From Octopus vulgaris (taxonomy: Eukaryota): 64,000 bases of DNA. Shown here piece by piece: positions 1 through 14,152 of this stretch (its first letter is position 1; every line of letters begins with the position of its first letter). The position numbers and the translations under genes were made by a program. The notes beneath the pieces were generated by a model. That model ran no database searches, had not been told where the DNA came from, and saw only the letters and a program-made list of their open reading frames with translations. The DNA is taken from contig OX597814.1 in NCBI GenBank assembly GCA_951406725.2, positions 42,780,001 to 42,844,000 on the forward strand, read 5' to 3'.

Positions 1-76
1 TATATATATACAAGAGTAAGCACATACATGCGAAACAAGGTGGAAAAGATCGCACCCGAATACTAGAGGTAGAGTC

Positions 77-328
<252 letters not shown>

Positions 329-800
329 CAGTGTGGGGCACAAAGGACGGGTAATTCACAAAATCATTAATGTTATCTGCAAACAATTTTTGTCGACCTT
401 AATGTGCTTTATTGAATTAGCAGTTGCCAAAATTAAGAGTGGGAAAGACCATCCATCATGTGGTGTCTGTTTTCATTGATGCATTTCTGAAGGTTTTCTT
501 GTAAGTTGGCTTCCACTCTCTCGTGCATTGCTCGTGCATAGTCCCATGCTTTCAACTGTTGGTCAGAGACCATTTTGTACGGGTGGAAATGCATGTCGCC
601 ATGCAAAATACGCCTTACCGATCGATTACCGATGCCAACTCCAGTGTAATGCCTCCGAGCAGAACAATTCGGACTCCGTATCAAAGTTTGTCTGACGTGT
701 TCCACATTTTTCGGTGTCCGTACCGTTCTGTTTCCTTCATGGCATTCTGGTGGAGTTGATGATTTTCGACACTTCATTTCATATCTTTTCATTTAGAGAC
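329..800 (-). mobile_element. Internally deleted Tc1/mariner-superfamily (maT/Tc3-like) transposon remnant
   Basis: ORF 433..792 encodes an HTH-region peptide (RTVRTPKNVEHVRQTLIRSPNCSARR...SVRRILHGDMHFHPYK) joined directly to a C-terminus-like [21 protein letters not shown]. The end has TA+CAGTGTG at 327-335. The catalytic core is absent. Confidence 0.75.
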
Positions 801-1223
801 ACCTGCAGTTACTATTAGATTTCCTTTTCATTTTGTCAGAAAATAAACTCAATAATTAAAAAATTATCATACATGATATTTAGTGTTATTATTTTCCTAA
901 GTATATACAAGCGATAATGTTCCAATGGTTATTATGCAAAATATGTCAATTATCCGTTGCATTGAAATCATGGATTAGCTAAATTACTACACTTAGTTTT
1001 TAATGAAAGCGCAAATTATGTATCCCATTAACTGTTGAATATCTAAATAAGAGCACATAAGAGTTTTATACTTAAACCTCTTATGGTCATAAGCTTAAGA
1101 TTCTTTGTTGAATGTGTCCATATGATGAAGATATCTATGATAAGTGTAAGAACTTTAAGAAAACCAGTTTTTAACACAACCAGCGGAGTTGTATCCTATA
1201 GTCAATCATAATTTCTTTTCACC

Positions 1224-1357
<134 letters not shown>

Positions 1358-1364
1358 AATAAAA

Positions 1365-1700
1365 ATGGACTTGTTTTATACAGTGCTGTTGTTGCAATTC
1401 CTTGTTGTTGTTTATTTATATTTGGGATGATAGTCGGTTCATTCCAGTTTCAGGCAATTCCTTAATGACAGAATTTTGACACAGATGGAAGATCCATATT
1501 TAGGATCAGGGCCATGTACTCGGTATTTCGGACTGTATTTGGAGTGAAAGAGAAAGCAGTTTTTTGAGTTACACGATATGGACAAGTGCCCTTCACAAGT
1601 CTACGGAATAAGTTACATGGAATTAAGGGCAGTGTCCCTTTCAGTTGGTGCCAAATGTTACCTTGAGAATTGTGAATACAGACTTTTTGACTTGGGCATA
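1365..1700 (-). mobile_element. Possible decayed LINE ORF1 fragment with CCCH-like zinc-finger remnants
   Basis: Frameshifted minus-strand translation gives KVCIHNSQG..., LVKGTCPY../NSKNCFLFHSKYSPKYRVHGPDPKYG, resembling tandem CCCH fingers in invertebrate LINE ORF1. Heavily decayed. Confidence 0.3.
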
Positions 1701-3159
1701 TAATAGTTTTTTTTTATATTGACAGGCTAATTGGTCAGTGTTCCTATTATAGTAGTAATAGCAGATTATTTTTTTTGTTGTTGAAGCGGTAGTGAATCTT
1801 GGCTTCGAACAGGTGGAATTAGGTCAGATAGCGTTTCCATAGAAGATGGTCCTAATGAAGTAGTAGTAGCAGGCTGTTGAAGTGGTAGAGAATCCTGGAT
1901 TGCCACGATAGTGTTGGGTTGAATTAGTTCAGATAGCGATACCAAAGAGAATGTTGTTTGCTAACGGGTCGTTGTGGTGACCCCTGACCTATTGGCATCG
2001 GTTTGTACATTACATCCATTGTAGTGTTTCTGCGTGTGCATGTACGATATGAAATGATCTTGTGATTTCTTTTTATTTTGTTTTCGATCTGCTTCTCAAA
2101 CCTGTAAATGGACTGTGACGCTAAATTTACGGCGATTTTACATTAACCATTAGCTTTTACACTATCGTTATGATGAGCGTACCAAGCGCTTATCGATGCA
2201 CGAATTTCTTTTTCTACCCAGTGACGTTTAAGATATTACTGGCCATATTCAGTCGACAGAACGGTATTATACACTGTATGTGAGTTACTGCCGATTTAAT
2301 GTATGAACGTGAATGTGCCGTAAGAGTGATTGTGTTGAGGATCCTTTCCGTTTGGCTGCCAATTTCAGTTTCTGTTTGAATTGATTTCATATTCACATTA
2401 ATATACTTTATAGGTTAATCATTGCCATGAAAATCATTTTCGCTATAAATCAATAAATGAAAATTTATTAGCTATTAAAGTTTGAAAATTTTGGATAATT
2501 TTAGTCAATCGTAAACCACAGACACCTGTTCCAATAAACCGAACACGAGAACTCTTTTGTCTGCGAAAAAACACGTATTGACAAATATATTGAAAGCACT
2601 TATTGACGTGACGCTGTTGTGCTGTTTATCGCATGAAATGTATATTGAAAGCTTAATTTTTTTTTTATATTTAATTTGCAATGTGTTGTTTATTGCATGA
2701 AGTGCATATTGAATACTGAAAACTACAAAAGACGTGTTGTTTACTAATTTTCTGCGTGTAGAATACAAATATTGACAACACTTGCTATTTTCAGGGTGTT
2801 CAAAATATGTGTTGTCACGCACAAAATGACAGCTTCTAAATCCTGTTTCCTCACTGGGTGAAAACGATCGAACAGAAGTGAAGTTTTACAAATAATCTTG
2901 AAAATATTTGAGATTTTTTTTTGCAGGCAGTGCTGGATTATATTTGTTTCTCCATGTTGTATATTGACTTATGTAAATATATGCTCCCATATTAATACAT
3001 AGCAGAATTCGAAGGTCCTAATAACATAAAACTTACTGCTGGTTTGAGTTGAAATCTGTTTCTTCGGCTACTGAGAAACGAGAGCTATGAAAAATACTTC
3101 TTGTCACGACGAAGGCACACACTGATACACAAACACACACATGCACACATCTGTTTGTA

Positions 3160-5125
3160 TCTATAAATATTCACTCTGTGTGTGTGTGCGTATTTATGTG
3201 TGTATGTGTGTATATGTATGTGTGTCTGTGTGTGTGAGCGTGTGTCTGTGTGCGTGTGAGCGTGTCTCCTCTATGCACAGCCAAACCGCTGAATCTATCT
3301 GTACCAAATTTAGCATGAAGATTTTTCAATACTCGGGGAAGATTCTAAAGGGTCAAAATTTGGCTTCTCTCGCTATAGGGGCTGTATCCCTCCCCACGGC
3401 CTATACGACCCTACCGACTTTTGTTTTGCAGCGGATTACTATGTTTTAAACGACGGTCTTTCCCAATATTCAAAAAAGCTGTTTTCAAAATTTTAAATTG
3501 CCGGCTCCCTCAAATTTTGAATGTTTAACATTTTTTCAACCTACATGGAAAAATAGGTAGATTCAGAATATGGGAAAAAATTTCTTCAAATTTTCTATGA
3601 AAAACTCCAAACTTGATCCACGCACCCCTTGCCACACCATCCCGTTATCTAAAACTGAAAATGAACTCCTAAAAATAACAGCTAAATATGTGCAAATATT
3701 CTTTGTCTGGGTGCACACGCGCGCAACAATTTTACAGCTTGTGGAATGAACAGAAATATGCTTTACATACCTGTCGTACATGTCGCCTTTTTTCGCTTTA
3801 AGGGTAAATGATTCTCATAGATGAAAACACGATATTGAATAATTCTCCGTCACACGTCTACGACCCACCTCCTTTTATTAAGTAAAGATAAACGCTTTTT
3901 AATTGTGACAATGAGACAAGGAGTTTAGACCATACCGCCAAAATTAATTTATTTTGTAAAAGAGAGGGTAGCATTTTCTCTCTCTTACAATGTTAGATGA
4001 GAAGATAGAATAAGTTGTTACCGAAAACGTTAAAACTTTCCTAGCTTCATCGATTTGTTCCTAAACCAGAATTTTAATTTCATTTGATACACACTTTGCT
4101 ATCATTTATACGGAGCATTGCAAACAAGGCATATAAAGATAACTTATTTTAATCCAATTTTTATGAATACATTTCCGTAAATGTTTTATTTGCACACTAC
4201 CCCCCTCCCACACACACACATACACCGACACCTGCAGATATATGTACGCGTATACATATGGACGAGGTGCCATTTTGGAAGTACGCTAAAGTAATTATTA
4301 TTTTGGAATGAAGAACAGGATCATAGGTGTTAAGTGAGTGACTAAACCTCTATTTTGTTCGGATTAATCCAATGAATTGGCAGTAATATATATAAAAGTA
4401 CATTTCTGAGACAAAATTTCTGTGAACGGTCCTGTCACGTGCAGAGAAATTTCACACAACACTTTCACACAAAGTTGGTTAATGATAAACATAATTGTGG
4501 CTGGATACAAATTTGGTAAATATTTACACTGACACCTTATTCGCTAAATACTAACCCTAACTGTAACCCTAAAACATAAATTTGTTTACAACAGGGCCGG
4601 CACTAAATACTGCAACATTTGCTGTCGCATCGGGCCTCCGCAAAGAACTGGAATAACTATACTGTAAAACTTACAATTCTATGTTACACACAACATATGT
4701 AATTTTCAGAACAAAAAGAAACAGTATGGTTTCTAAATAACGAAAGATATTCATACGGACGCCCCCCGGCAAGAACTCTTATTACATTGATATAAGCCAT
4801 TCATTCATACATTGTAGGATATCTTTTGAATTCATACGACCAGCTTAATAAATTTTAAAGTTCAATATTCCCGTAACATTAGTGATAGATATGGACATGT
4901 GTTATCGAAATAATTTTTTCGTGGAATAGACCTAATAAAATTTGCTACAGTACACTCTCGATATTTCATATTTAAATCAGAGGTGAATATTTCTACTTGG
5001 ATAGGAATTAGAAAATGTTATAACTTAATAAACTTCTAATACATTTTTTTGGATATTTTTCAAGCAACTCATCTTAAGACTTGATATTTCGCATTTGAAT
5101 CCGATGTATATATGTTTGGATATCG

Positions 5126-5158
<33 letters not shown>

Positions 5159-6746
5159 GAAGAAGATATATGCATGTGTATTTATGTATGTACGTGTGTA
5201 TGAAAGATGTGTGTGTTTGTGAGAGAGAGAGAGAGTGAGATTGAGTGCCACTGATATGTACATGAAAACGCAAACCTTCTCTCGCTCGCTCTCCTTCTCT
5301 CATACACACATGCACATGCAAAAAAATGCATGCATGTACGTGTATGTGAAAGACGTGTTTGTGTGTGAGAGAGAGAGGCAGAGATAGAAGACATGACAAC
5401 ACACCTTCACTCACTCTTTCTCTCTCTATCTCACGCACGCTCACCTCCCTTTCATATACATGTACATACATCTTACCTTTTCTCCTCTCTTTCACTTTCT
5501 GCTCACATATCAAAGCAAATGTCGCCTTTGAAAAGGGGTAAAGAAATAGATATTTTTACGGAAATTTCAAGAACAATCATATGATACCATATCATCCACT
5601 ATAACAACTACGCTGTTTGTAACGAAAGAATGCCCCCTTCATAAAAGTGTAAAAGTTGTACATGTATATATTCGACATTGGAAAGGGTTGCAGGTGATGA
5701 AATGCACTCTTCACAAGACAACTTAATTTCTCCTGCAAAAGGGTGGCATTTTCTGTCTTTTTCCATATTTAATTAGACGTGAGAATATGTTGTTAGCAAA
5801 AACATTAAAACTATACTAATTCAGGGATCCGTCACTGAGCCAGGATCTTATTTTCATTTGATACATGATTTTCTATCATTTATATGGCGAATTAGGGCAA
5901 CAACGGAAGCTACCGTGTTATAAGGGGATACCGACTGTCAATGAACTTAAAATATAGGTATTTCCAAACAGTGCACAAAACTTTAGCAACTATCAATGGC
6001 TATGTGAGCGAGACATATTAGCTCCAAGTAATGATGCTGGCGACAAAATCAGTTGAGATATTTTGCAGCTGTTGCAAGGACAAGAACACTTTTTCAAATC
6101 CATTGGCACTGTCAGTGATCAGAACTAAGCTGTAGTTTTTCAACTGAGTTCCTGAACTCTCTGCAGCCATTTGGGATTTCCTCATAAAACTTAACACTTA
6201 AAAAGGGTGCCCCGAACTTGCTGCTCAGGAATATCGACCCACCTCGCATGTGTAATGACACCATACTGGTGGTGAAAGCGAAAGAACTACATGTTCTATA
6301 AGCAGTAATTATCACTGGGAAGTATAAGTGTGAGGATGTCTTCATTCCCAAAATCCCGATAATCCCATCTCACCTTCATTTCAATTTGAACGACTCCAGT
6401 TCCCAGTGAAAGTAAGTTTTGCTAGATAGATGACAAATCTCAAAGATAAACTCTCAAGGTTGTTGGACTTAACATTGCTTCTCCTTACTTCTCTCATGTA
6501 GGGTATTATGTAGGGTATTGGCAAGTTGGAATCCCCAAACTCTTTTTAATTGTAACCCATTTAAAGGACACACTGAAGACATTGTATATTTAAAAGTTCT
6601 ACAAAATCAAACTGATTATTTTCAGGATTTGCTTTAATAACTATTTATACACACGTCATCTTAGAATATGTTTTTTTATAAGAAAAATATATTTATTTCT
6701 TTTGACATCCTTTAATCTTCCGAGCAAAGCTGGATACTTAGGCTAC
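3160..6746 (+). mobile_element. Decayed Helitron
   Basis: 5' TCTATAAAT, then a (TG)n-like run, then gccaaaccgctgaatctatctgtaccaaatttagcatg (Lep1-type Helitron head). PIF1 helicase remnant at ~5935-6560. The 3' end has a weak hairpin ccgagcaaagctgg followed by a CTAC (CTRR-like) terminus near 6743-6746. Confidence 0.7.
5935..6560 (+). pseudogene. Helitron Rep/Hel PIF1-like helicase C-terminal fragment with stops and frameshifts
   Basis: Manual translation: QWLCERDILAPSND...TEFLNSLQPFG...LTLKKGAPNLLLRNIDPPRMCND...DVFIPKIPIIP...FERLQFPVKVSFA...KSQ..TLKVVGL...YFSH. These are Helitron helicase motifs. Confidence 0.9.
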
Positions 6747-6954
6747 ATTATCCGATTCTGGGTAGTCTATTTATCTAAAGTTCTTAAAATAGGTAAGGCG
6801 AATCTTTTTTTATATTCGCTGCCCTCACGCGCCCTCACAGTGAAGATTTACTATAGCGTCGTAAATTTATCGAATGCTATTCTTAGTAAACATTGGTGCC
6901 TTGTTGTACCACAAATCTCTCAGTCTCTCTGTCTCTCTGTCCCTGTCCATGTCC

Positions 6955-7006
<52 letters not shown>

Positions 7007-8855
7007 GAGCAAAATACCCCCGTCAAACATGTCACCCAAATTTTCAAAACAACTTGTGCCATGTCCCATAGACCTCCCCTTTGAGAAACAGATTTAACTA
7101 AATTTGAGACACCAGCAAAAGAAGAAATAAAGATCGAATTCTCACCTGGAATCGATTTTTGTTAATGTTTTCAAGATTTATACATGCCCTGATATTGTTG
7201 GTATCTACATATCATATATATATATAGAAGAATACTTTAATCATCCTCTAATTATTCCACTTAATCCATTGTTAATGCAGAACTTGCGTAGAATCTTGTC
7301 GTTTTCCAGATGTGTTCTTATTTATACACACATTAGCAACAAGGACAAGTGGCAATCCATCCACTAAAATGAAAACTAAATAGGCCTTAAATCATGCATC
7401 AAGTTGATGTTCAGTCCAACATTATATAAACTTCAAAGAAATGAAACGAATTTACAGTGTTGAATAGTTCAGTATTCATGGAAATTATACATAGTCACTC
7501 TACTCAACATATTGAGTTCTGTATCTAACGTAAAATATATATTAGATATGTTTTAATAAACTTCACAACTCTTACATTACGATATGTCGATGGACATTTA
7601 TGTACAGACTTCTATTATTATATTTCTTTTATGTTTTATTCTTATCCTGAAAATGAGAGGGAATATATTAATTTCGTCGCCAAAATACCATCATAAAACT
7701 ACTTCTTTCTAATGAACGAATAAATTGACGTGTTTGGTATTTTATTACTTGCTAAAATTACACTGTTTTTCTCTCATAAATCATTTGATAATATTTAATA
7801 TTTGTGATTTTACTATAACCCATCCGCTGGAATATTCTTATTTTGTGAATTTTATCAAATTACTGAACACTTCAATTTCTTTTTATATATTTTTCTAGAA
7901 TTTATAAATTTGTGTTGGTTTTTAGATTTGATTATTACTTTGATTTTTATCTTACTATTCATTGAATAAATCAGTCAATGAAGCTTACAATGTCAATAAG
8001 CCGTGAATAATATACTTCTCTGTAACTTCACCATTTACTAAATTCATTCCCTATACTTTGACTTCGTTTACCTTTTCTCACTAAACCAACATAGTTCTTA
8101 ACAGCTACTCCACTTCTCCATCTCAAATATATACGCTTCAACTATTTTAATAGTTTACACAAAGAAGTGTCTCCTCTTCACTATATATGAATTTTCTTCG
8201 TAAAGTTAATTCACTGAAAATAATGTAGAACGAATCTTCTCTTTCTTTCCAAAGAATGTAGATAAACAGTGTTAGAGATACAGGAGTGAAAAGAAGAGGA
8301 TTCGCTGAGTAGATAACATGTTCACTGGGTCGGAAACCAATATGATGTAGACATGTTCTTTGGGAATTTACAAATTGCTGCAGTTAATTGATCTAAAAAT
8401 GCTTTTTTTATTACTTTTTAAATTAATGGGCCTTAAAATGGTTTAGAAATAAAACGAATATGTGCTATTATTATATTTGTTCATATTAGCGTCTTTGTGT
8501 ATAGTATGTGAAAGCACATATTTCTATATTCGTATACGTGTGCACGCGGCCAAGCAATAGATAAAGAGATAGGAGGCATACATACAACAACAGAGACATA
8601 TGTGTATGAACGCAGATTTCTATCTAGCTGTCTGTATATCTCCCCTCGTCCTCTCTCTTCTGTGAGTGCATACATTTATACATACATGTATAATTATACA
8701 TATGCACATAAAGATAGGTTAACAAATAACCCCCACCACACACACAAGCACATTTGTGTGTGTGTGTATGTATGCGTGCGTGCTCGCATGTACCCAGGTT
8801 GGTAGAATTATACACAAACGCACACACAAATATACATGTACGTATGTATATATGT

Positions 8856-8860
<5 letters not shown>

Positions 8861-8903
<43 letters not shown>
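8861..8903. repeat. (GA)n microsatellite
   Basis: Direct reading. Confidence 0.95.
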
Positions 8904-8907
<4 letters not shown>

Positions 8908-9114
8908 TAAGAGAAAGTGAGTGATTGAGATACATAAGTAAATATTCCATTGATATTATTCTACATTTGTATAGTTTAAAATATATTTTCTGATGTATTT
9001 GATAATACCAATATTGATGTATACACAGTTTAGGCATGAAAGATGGTAAATATATGAAGACATGAAAATATTCGGCATAATGGTGTTTCAGAAAAATGTA
9101 TAATATTCTTGCAA

Positions 9115-9850
9115 CAGTTCTATATTTAAGAGATGAGGAAGTTTTACTCGTTTACTTGTTTCAGTCATTTGACTGCGGTTATGCTGGAGCACCACCTTTA
9201 GTCGAGCAAATCGACCCCAGGACCTATTCTTTGTAAGCCTAGTACTTATCCTGTTGGTCTCTTTTAACGAACCGCTACGTTACGAGGACGTAAACACACC
9301 AGCATCGGTTGTCAAGCGATGCTAGACGGACAAAGAGACACAAACATATACACATGCATACACATATAGACATATATACGACGGGCTTGTTTCAGTTTCC
9401 GTCTACCAAATCCACTCACAAGGCTTTGGTGGACCCAATGCTATAATAGAAGCATTTGCCAAAGTTGCCACACAGTGGGACTAAACCCGGAATCATGTAG
9501 TTGGTAAGCAAGCTACTTACCACACAGCCAATCCTGCGGCTATGTACATTATTTACATTGACGGATATTTGTCCTCAATTTCTTTGTCGTTAACACTTTT
9601 CGGCTGATAAACCCGCCAACCTTCATCAGTTGTGTTGGGGGAAATTTCGAACCTGGGTTCTCATTCCTAATAATAATAATAATAAAAGAATAATAACAAT
9701 AACAACAACAACATCGAAAAATACCTTAGTATTGAGAACCCAGGTTCGAAATTTTCCCAAGGCTGGAGGGTATATCAGCCGAAATATTGTGTTAACAACA
9801 AACAAATATCCGTCAAATGTAAATGATATAAATAATGTACATAATATTCT
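9115..9850. mobile_element. Head-to-head inverted hammerhead-bearing repeat (Penelope pLTR-like/retrozyme-like), interrupted by a SINE
   Basis: Arms 9541-9668 and 9727-9845 are imperfect reverse complements (gaaatttcgaacctgggttctca / tgagaacccaggttcgaaatt). The left arm on - reads CTGATGA-A-ggttg..cagcc-GAAA. The right arm keeps ggctg..cagcc-GAAA but has lost the CTGATGA box. Confidence 0.7.
9141..9540 (-). mobile_element. tRNA-derived SINE, near full length
   Basis: Minus-strand head gcaggattggctgtgtggtaag...ccgggtttagtcccac (A/B-box-like). The body is shared with 35081-35262, 55298-55430 and 62650-62850. Confidence 0.85.
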
Positions 9851-11717
9851 CACGACATTCAGACATTCAGACGAAATATTTTTCTGTAAATTTCACTCTA
9901 GAGAAACATAGACATCCGTAAGCTATCTCCCTAGAACTTGAACAGTTTTGGGATTGAAAATATATTTACCTTTAGTTCGCCAACAGTAATTAAAACAGAG
10001 CGAGTGGATATAAATACAATTGAAAACTGCTGTGACAAGCCAATTCTATTGTATAATATAAGAAAAATCTCTCTTTGCATGTAACATGAAAACGAGAGTT
10101 TTTTACAAAATTTTAACTGGAATGACAATTACTGCAATATGTACATGTAACGCACGCGTAATAAAAATACGATTAGCATATTTATGTAGAATTTTGAAGA
10201 CTGCTCAAAATTTAAAAAAATATTGTGTATGAATTGAATATATATTAAAGATGTGAACATATTCCCAATATTTAATGTATGAGCCTGTTGCATTGTGCAT
10301 ACATTTACATGAATGAGCAATAGAAGCATAACATAACGAAGAAATTTAAATGGAACTCCAAGAGATTAATTAATAATAAACGTTGTGCTCATTGTTGCAA
10401 CGACAATTTTTATTGCTCTAAAAATTATTATTTCAAACGACATCAGTTGCCACATTATTTAGAATGCAATATGAAGTAACGTGCTCAATGATAGGCAAAT
10501 CCAGCATATTCAAGAAATGTAATTACAATTTTTAATTACGTTATATTAATCTTATTATAAAAAGTAGAGATTGTCACGATTGATTTAGTAGATGATCCAT
10601 GATTAATTTCGAATTCTTCAGTAATTGATATTTAAAAGCTATGAACATTTATTATAGTTTGCCCCATGTTGTGCATTTCTAACAACTATTTGCAAGTATG
10701 TTAATGAGAATCGTGTGAAATCTTGTGTGAATATTACGTGTATAACTCTCATGAAATGAAATTGCATCAAATGCCGTTTAATTGAAAAACAAAGCATAGC
10801 CAACGCCTCGCGTTTTTAACATCTCAAAATACGAGAAAATATGGTGGCGAGTACAATTCAAATAATGGATTGTTAAGAATTAATCATTAACGGTTTAAAT
10901 TTTCGAATGTATTGTTTTTTTCTCTTATTCATAAAACTTAGTCAATCAATAACTGTTGAGATTGCTTTATCGAACATGAAAAGTTTTGTTGTGCATGTAA
11001 ATTTGAAGTTATTGATATAGAACTAAATGAATATAAACTGACATTAGATGGAAGCTTTGTTGTGGAAATGTTTCACCACATTTCATTAGTATTAAAGAGA
11101 ATTAAATTTCAGTCATATAACATACGTATACATTCAAATGAAGGACAAATCTATTATATTTTCTGTTAAATCTACGTGAGAATTCGATATGTAAATTCCA
11201 ATTTCTTCTTCATTTTCTGGTAATATCATGTTATCACCAGTTGATGTAAAATGTTTTTTAAAAAGAAGTTAAAATGACTTACTTAGAAATAGTATTATGT
11301 ATATGCTTATATCATAAATTAGTGTCATACGATACACCGAAGCTATTTACAAGTGAGCTCTGGAGGCATATCAAATGAATGAGGCAGTTCAGTTATACAA
11401 AAATGTTTTTAAAAAAAAGCTAAATATATATACGGATACAAGTGTTAGGTTTGAAAGCTACATTTCCAGTTGCGAAAATTCAACTTTCATTTATGACATT
11501 TACAGCACAGAGGCTAAAATGGGAGAATAATTTAGAAGCCTATTATGAAATAACACATTTTCAAACATCAAATAATGCAGTGTTACTTTCACTCATTTAG
11601 TTATATTTTCTTTTCTTTTTTTACGAGTAGATTTTTCCATTGAGAATTCTGTATTCCACCACCTACCGACATGTTTTGGGGATCTAATCATCGTAATATT
11701 CACTTAATTTATCCCCA

Positions 11718-12015
<298 letters not shown>

Positions 12016-12217
12016 CAGTAGTTTTATTTTTATAGCGTGCATTCACTTCACTACCGAGCACAGCTCTGTGTGCCTTGGGTATGTGCTGTGATTTGTTGTG
12101 ATGCTCTGATGGTTATTGTATGGAAAGGGTTCTGCGTAGGATGTGTGCAGTGCCTAGTAGTGCAATTTTCTGTATGTTATATGTGTTTGTAAGTCCTTGT
12201 GTTTTTGTTATGTATTT
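12016..12217 (-). mobile_element. R4/Dong LINE, very short 5'-truncated copy (3' UTR plus last codons)
   Basis: Closely similar to 22423-22625. Flanked by (TTA)n on both sides. Confidence 0.85.
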
Positions 12218-12232
12218 ATTATTATTATTATT

Positions 12233-13005
12233 CAGTAGTCTTATTTTTGTTACGTTCTTTCACTGCACTATCGAGGGCAGACATGAGTATGTGCTATGGT
12301 TTGTTGTGATGCTCTTATTGTTACTGGATTGAAATTGTGTGCGGTGTCTAGTAGTGCTATTTTCTGTATGTTATATATATTTGTTAGTCCCGGTGTTTTT
12401 GTTATGCATTTGCCTGAAATTTTTTGTCATACCTAATGCGCATAAAATGATAGGAATTTTTTCGGTGTTTAGACTCCATATTCGAGTTACCTCTATTTTC
12501 AGGCATTTGTACTTTGGAAGTTTCTCCATTTCGTTTAGAGAAATTTTGTCATCTGTTGGTATTGATACATTGATGAGAAAGCAATCTTTTGTTGGTGATC
12601 TCTGATAACAAGACCCGGTTTATTGGCCACAATTTCTCTATCTGTGTATATTGGCATATCCCAGAGTATGGTTGCATTCTTACTTTCTGTGACCTTATCT
12701 GGCGTGTGCCTATACCATTTTTTTCTCTTGTTATTCCATAACGTTGTCATTAGCTTCCAGTGTATAAAAATACCAAATCTCTTGTGTCTGTGAATATATT
12801 CCTCCTTAGACAGGACTGGGAAGCCAGAGACAGTATGAATTATTGTTTCTTCACCATCTCCATACATTCTGCAGTTACTTGTTATGTTTCTATTAATTAT
12901 AAGTTTTTGGTAATTTTTGGTATGGAGGCTTTGATCTTTTGGTGCAAATACAAATCCTTCAGTCTCTTCTTTGAATCCTGATCTTCTCAGCCATTGTTAG
13001 GACTT
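12233..13005 (-). mobile_element. R4/Dong LINE, decayed 5'-truncated copy (RLE endonuclease region)
   Basis: ORF 12535..12867: ETIIHTVSGFPVL..YIHRH..IHWKL..ATILWDMPIYTDREIVANKP. Homologous to 22520..23206. Confidence 0.9.
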
Positions 13006-13009
13006 TGCT

Positions 13010-13086
13010 TTCTTCTTCTTCTTTTTCTTCTTCTTCTTCTTCTTCTTCTTCTTCTTCTTCTTCTTCTTCTTCTTCTTCTTCTTCTT

Positions 13087-13175
<89 letters not shown>

Positions 13176-13232
13176 CATTTGTTGTTGTTGTTGTTGTTAC
13201 TATTATTATTATTATTATTATTATCATTATTA
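13010..13232. repeat. Compound (TTC)n-(TTA)n-(TTG)n microsatellite
   Basis: Direct reading. Confidence 0.97.
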
Positions 13233-13314
13233 CTTTTTATCAAACGTTTTCTTAGAACTCCTGGAATATTTTATGCATCGCGGGCTTGCTAGCTGTTGCC
13301 TACAATGACATGCT

Positions 13315-13508
13315 GTCCCGCTCGAGATGTTTCTGTATAAGGGTTGTTTAAGGATGTTGAGCAAAACACCCATGCTTCAAAATGTGAATTATCCAGACCC
13401 AAAAAAATTCCTCTCAGCACATAGCTATGATGCTCCCCAACTACTTCTGCTTGTGATCAAAGATTTACATATCGTCAGCCACTAAGGGAGATGCTCAACT
13501 GGTTAAGG
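13315..13508. mobile_element. Partial copy of the ~550-bp TAA-associated non-coding element
   Basis: Aligns by eye to ~18945-19135 (ataagggttgtttaag...gatgctcccc.actacttctgct.gtgatca..gat..acatatcgtcagccactaaggga.atgctcaact). It ends at a mariner remnant. Confidence 0.8.
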
Positions 13509-14152
13509 AATATTAATTCGGTATATAGGGATCATACAATAAGCGTAATCCAGTATCAACGGTGGTTTCAGGAATTCAGAGCCGGAAACTACAGCCTAGA
13601 AGTCCCGGAAGGTCTGTAAAGCTCGACGAGGACGTCCTGCAATCCCTCGTGGAACAAAATCCCGTCGAAACTGTTCAGGAACTAACAGACTAGCTTGGAA
13701 TTGGTCATATCAACACAGCACTGGAAACAAAAACGACTATCTTTAGTTTTAAGACGGAAGGTGTTCTTCCATTAGGATAATGCTCGGCCACATACAGTGA
13801 GGATGAGATTAGAAAGACTGGAGCAGTTTTAATGAGAAACGATACTACGCCCATCAGATTTGCCGGACATTGCCCCATGTGATTATTATTTATTCTGCAG
13901 TCTTCAAAATCGTTTGGACGGAAACATTATGAATTCTGTAGACAAGGACAAAACAACATCGGAGAAGTATTTTTCGTCACGGTCAAGTGAATTTTAAAAA
14001 AGAAACCTTGCATGTCTACAAGATAGCTTGAAGAACAGTGTAAAGAAAAAATAAAGGAGCGTATATCATAGACTAAAAAAGAACTTTGTTTATTTTCATT
14101 TTGAAAAATGAAAGAACCATTAAAAATCGCATTATTTATGGGATGAACTAAT
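13509..14152 (+). mobile_element. mariner (DD34D, mos1/Hsmar-like) transposon remnant
   Basis: Translation QRWFQEFRAGNYSLE..GRSVKLDEDVLQSLVEQNP...FH*DNARPHT...PDIAPCDYYLF. 3' TIR-like aaaatcgcattatttatgggatgaactaata. Confidence 0.9.

Noticed and set aside
4552-4572. ctaaccctaa..taaccctaa telomere-like motif
   Set aside because: Only two imperfect units; not an interstitial telomeric array.
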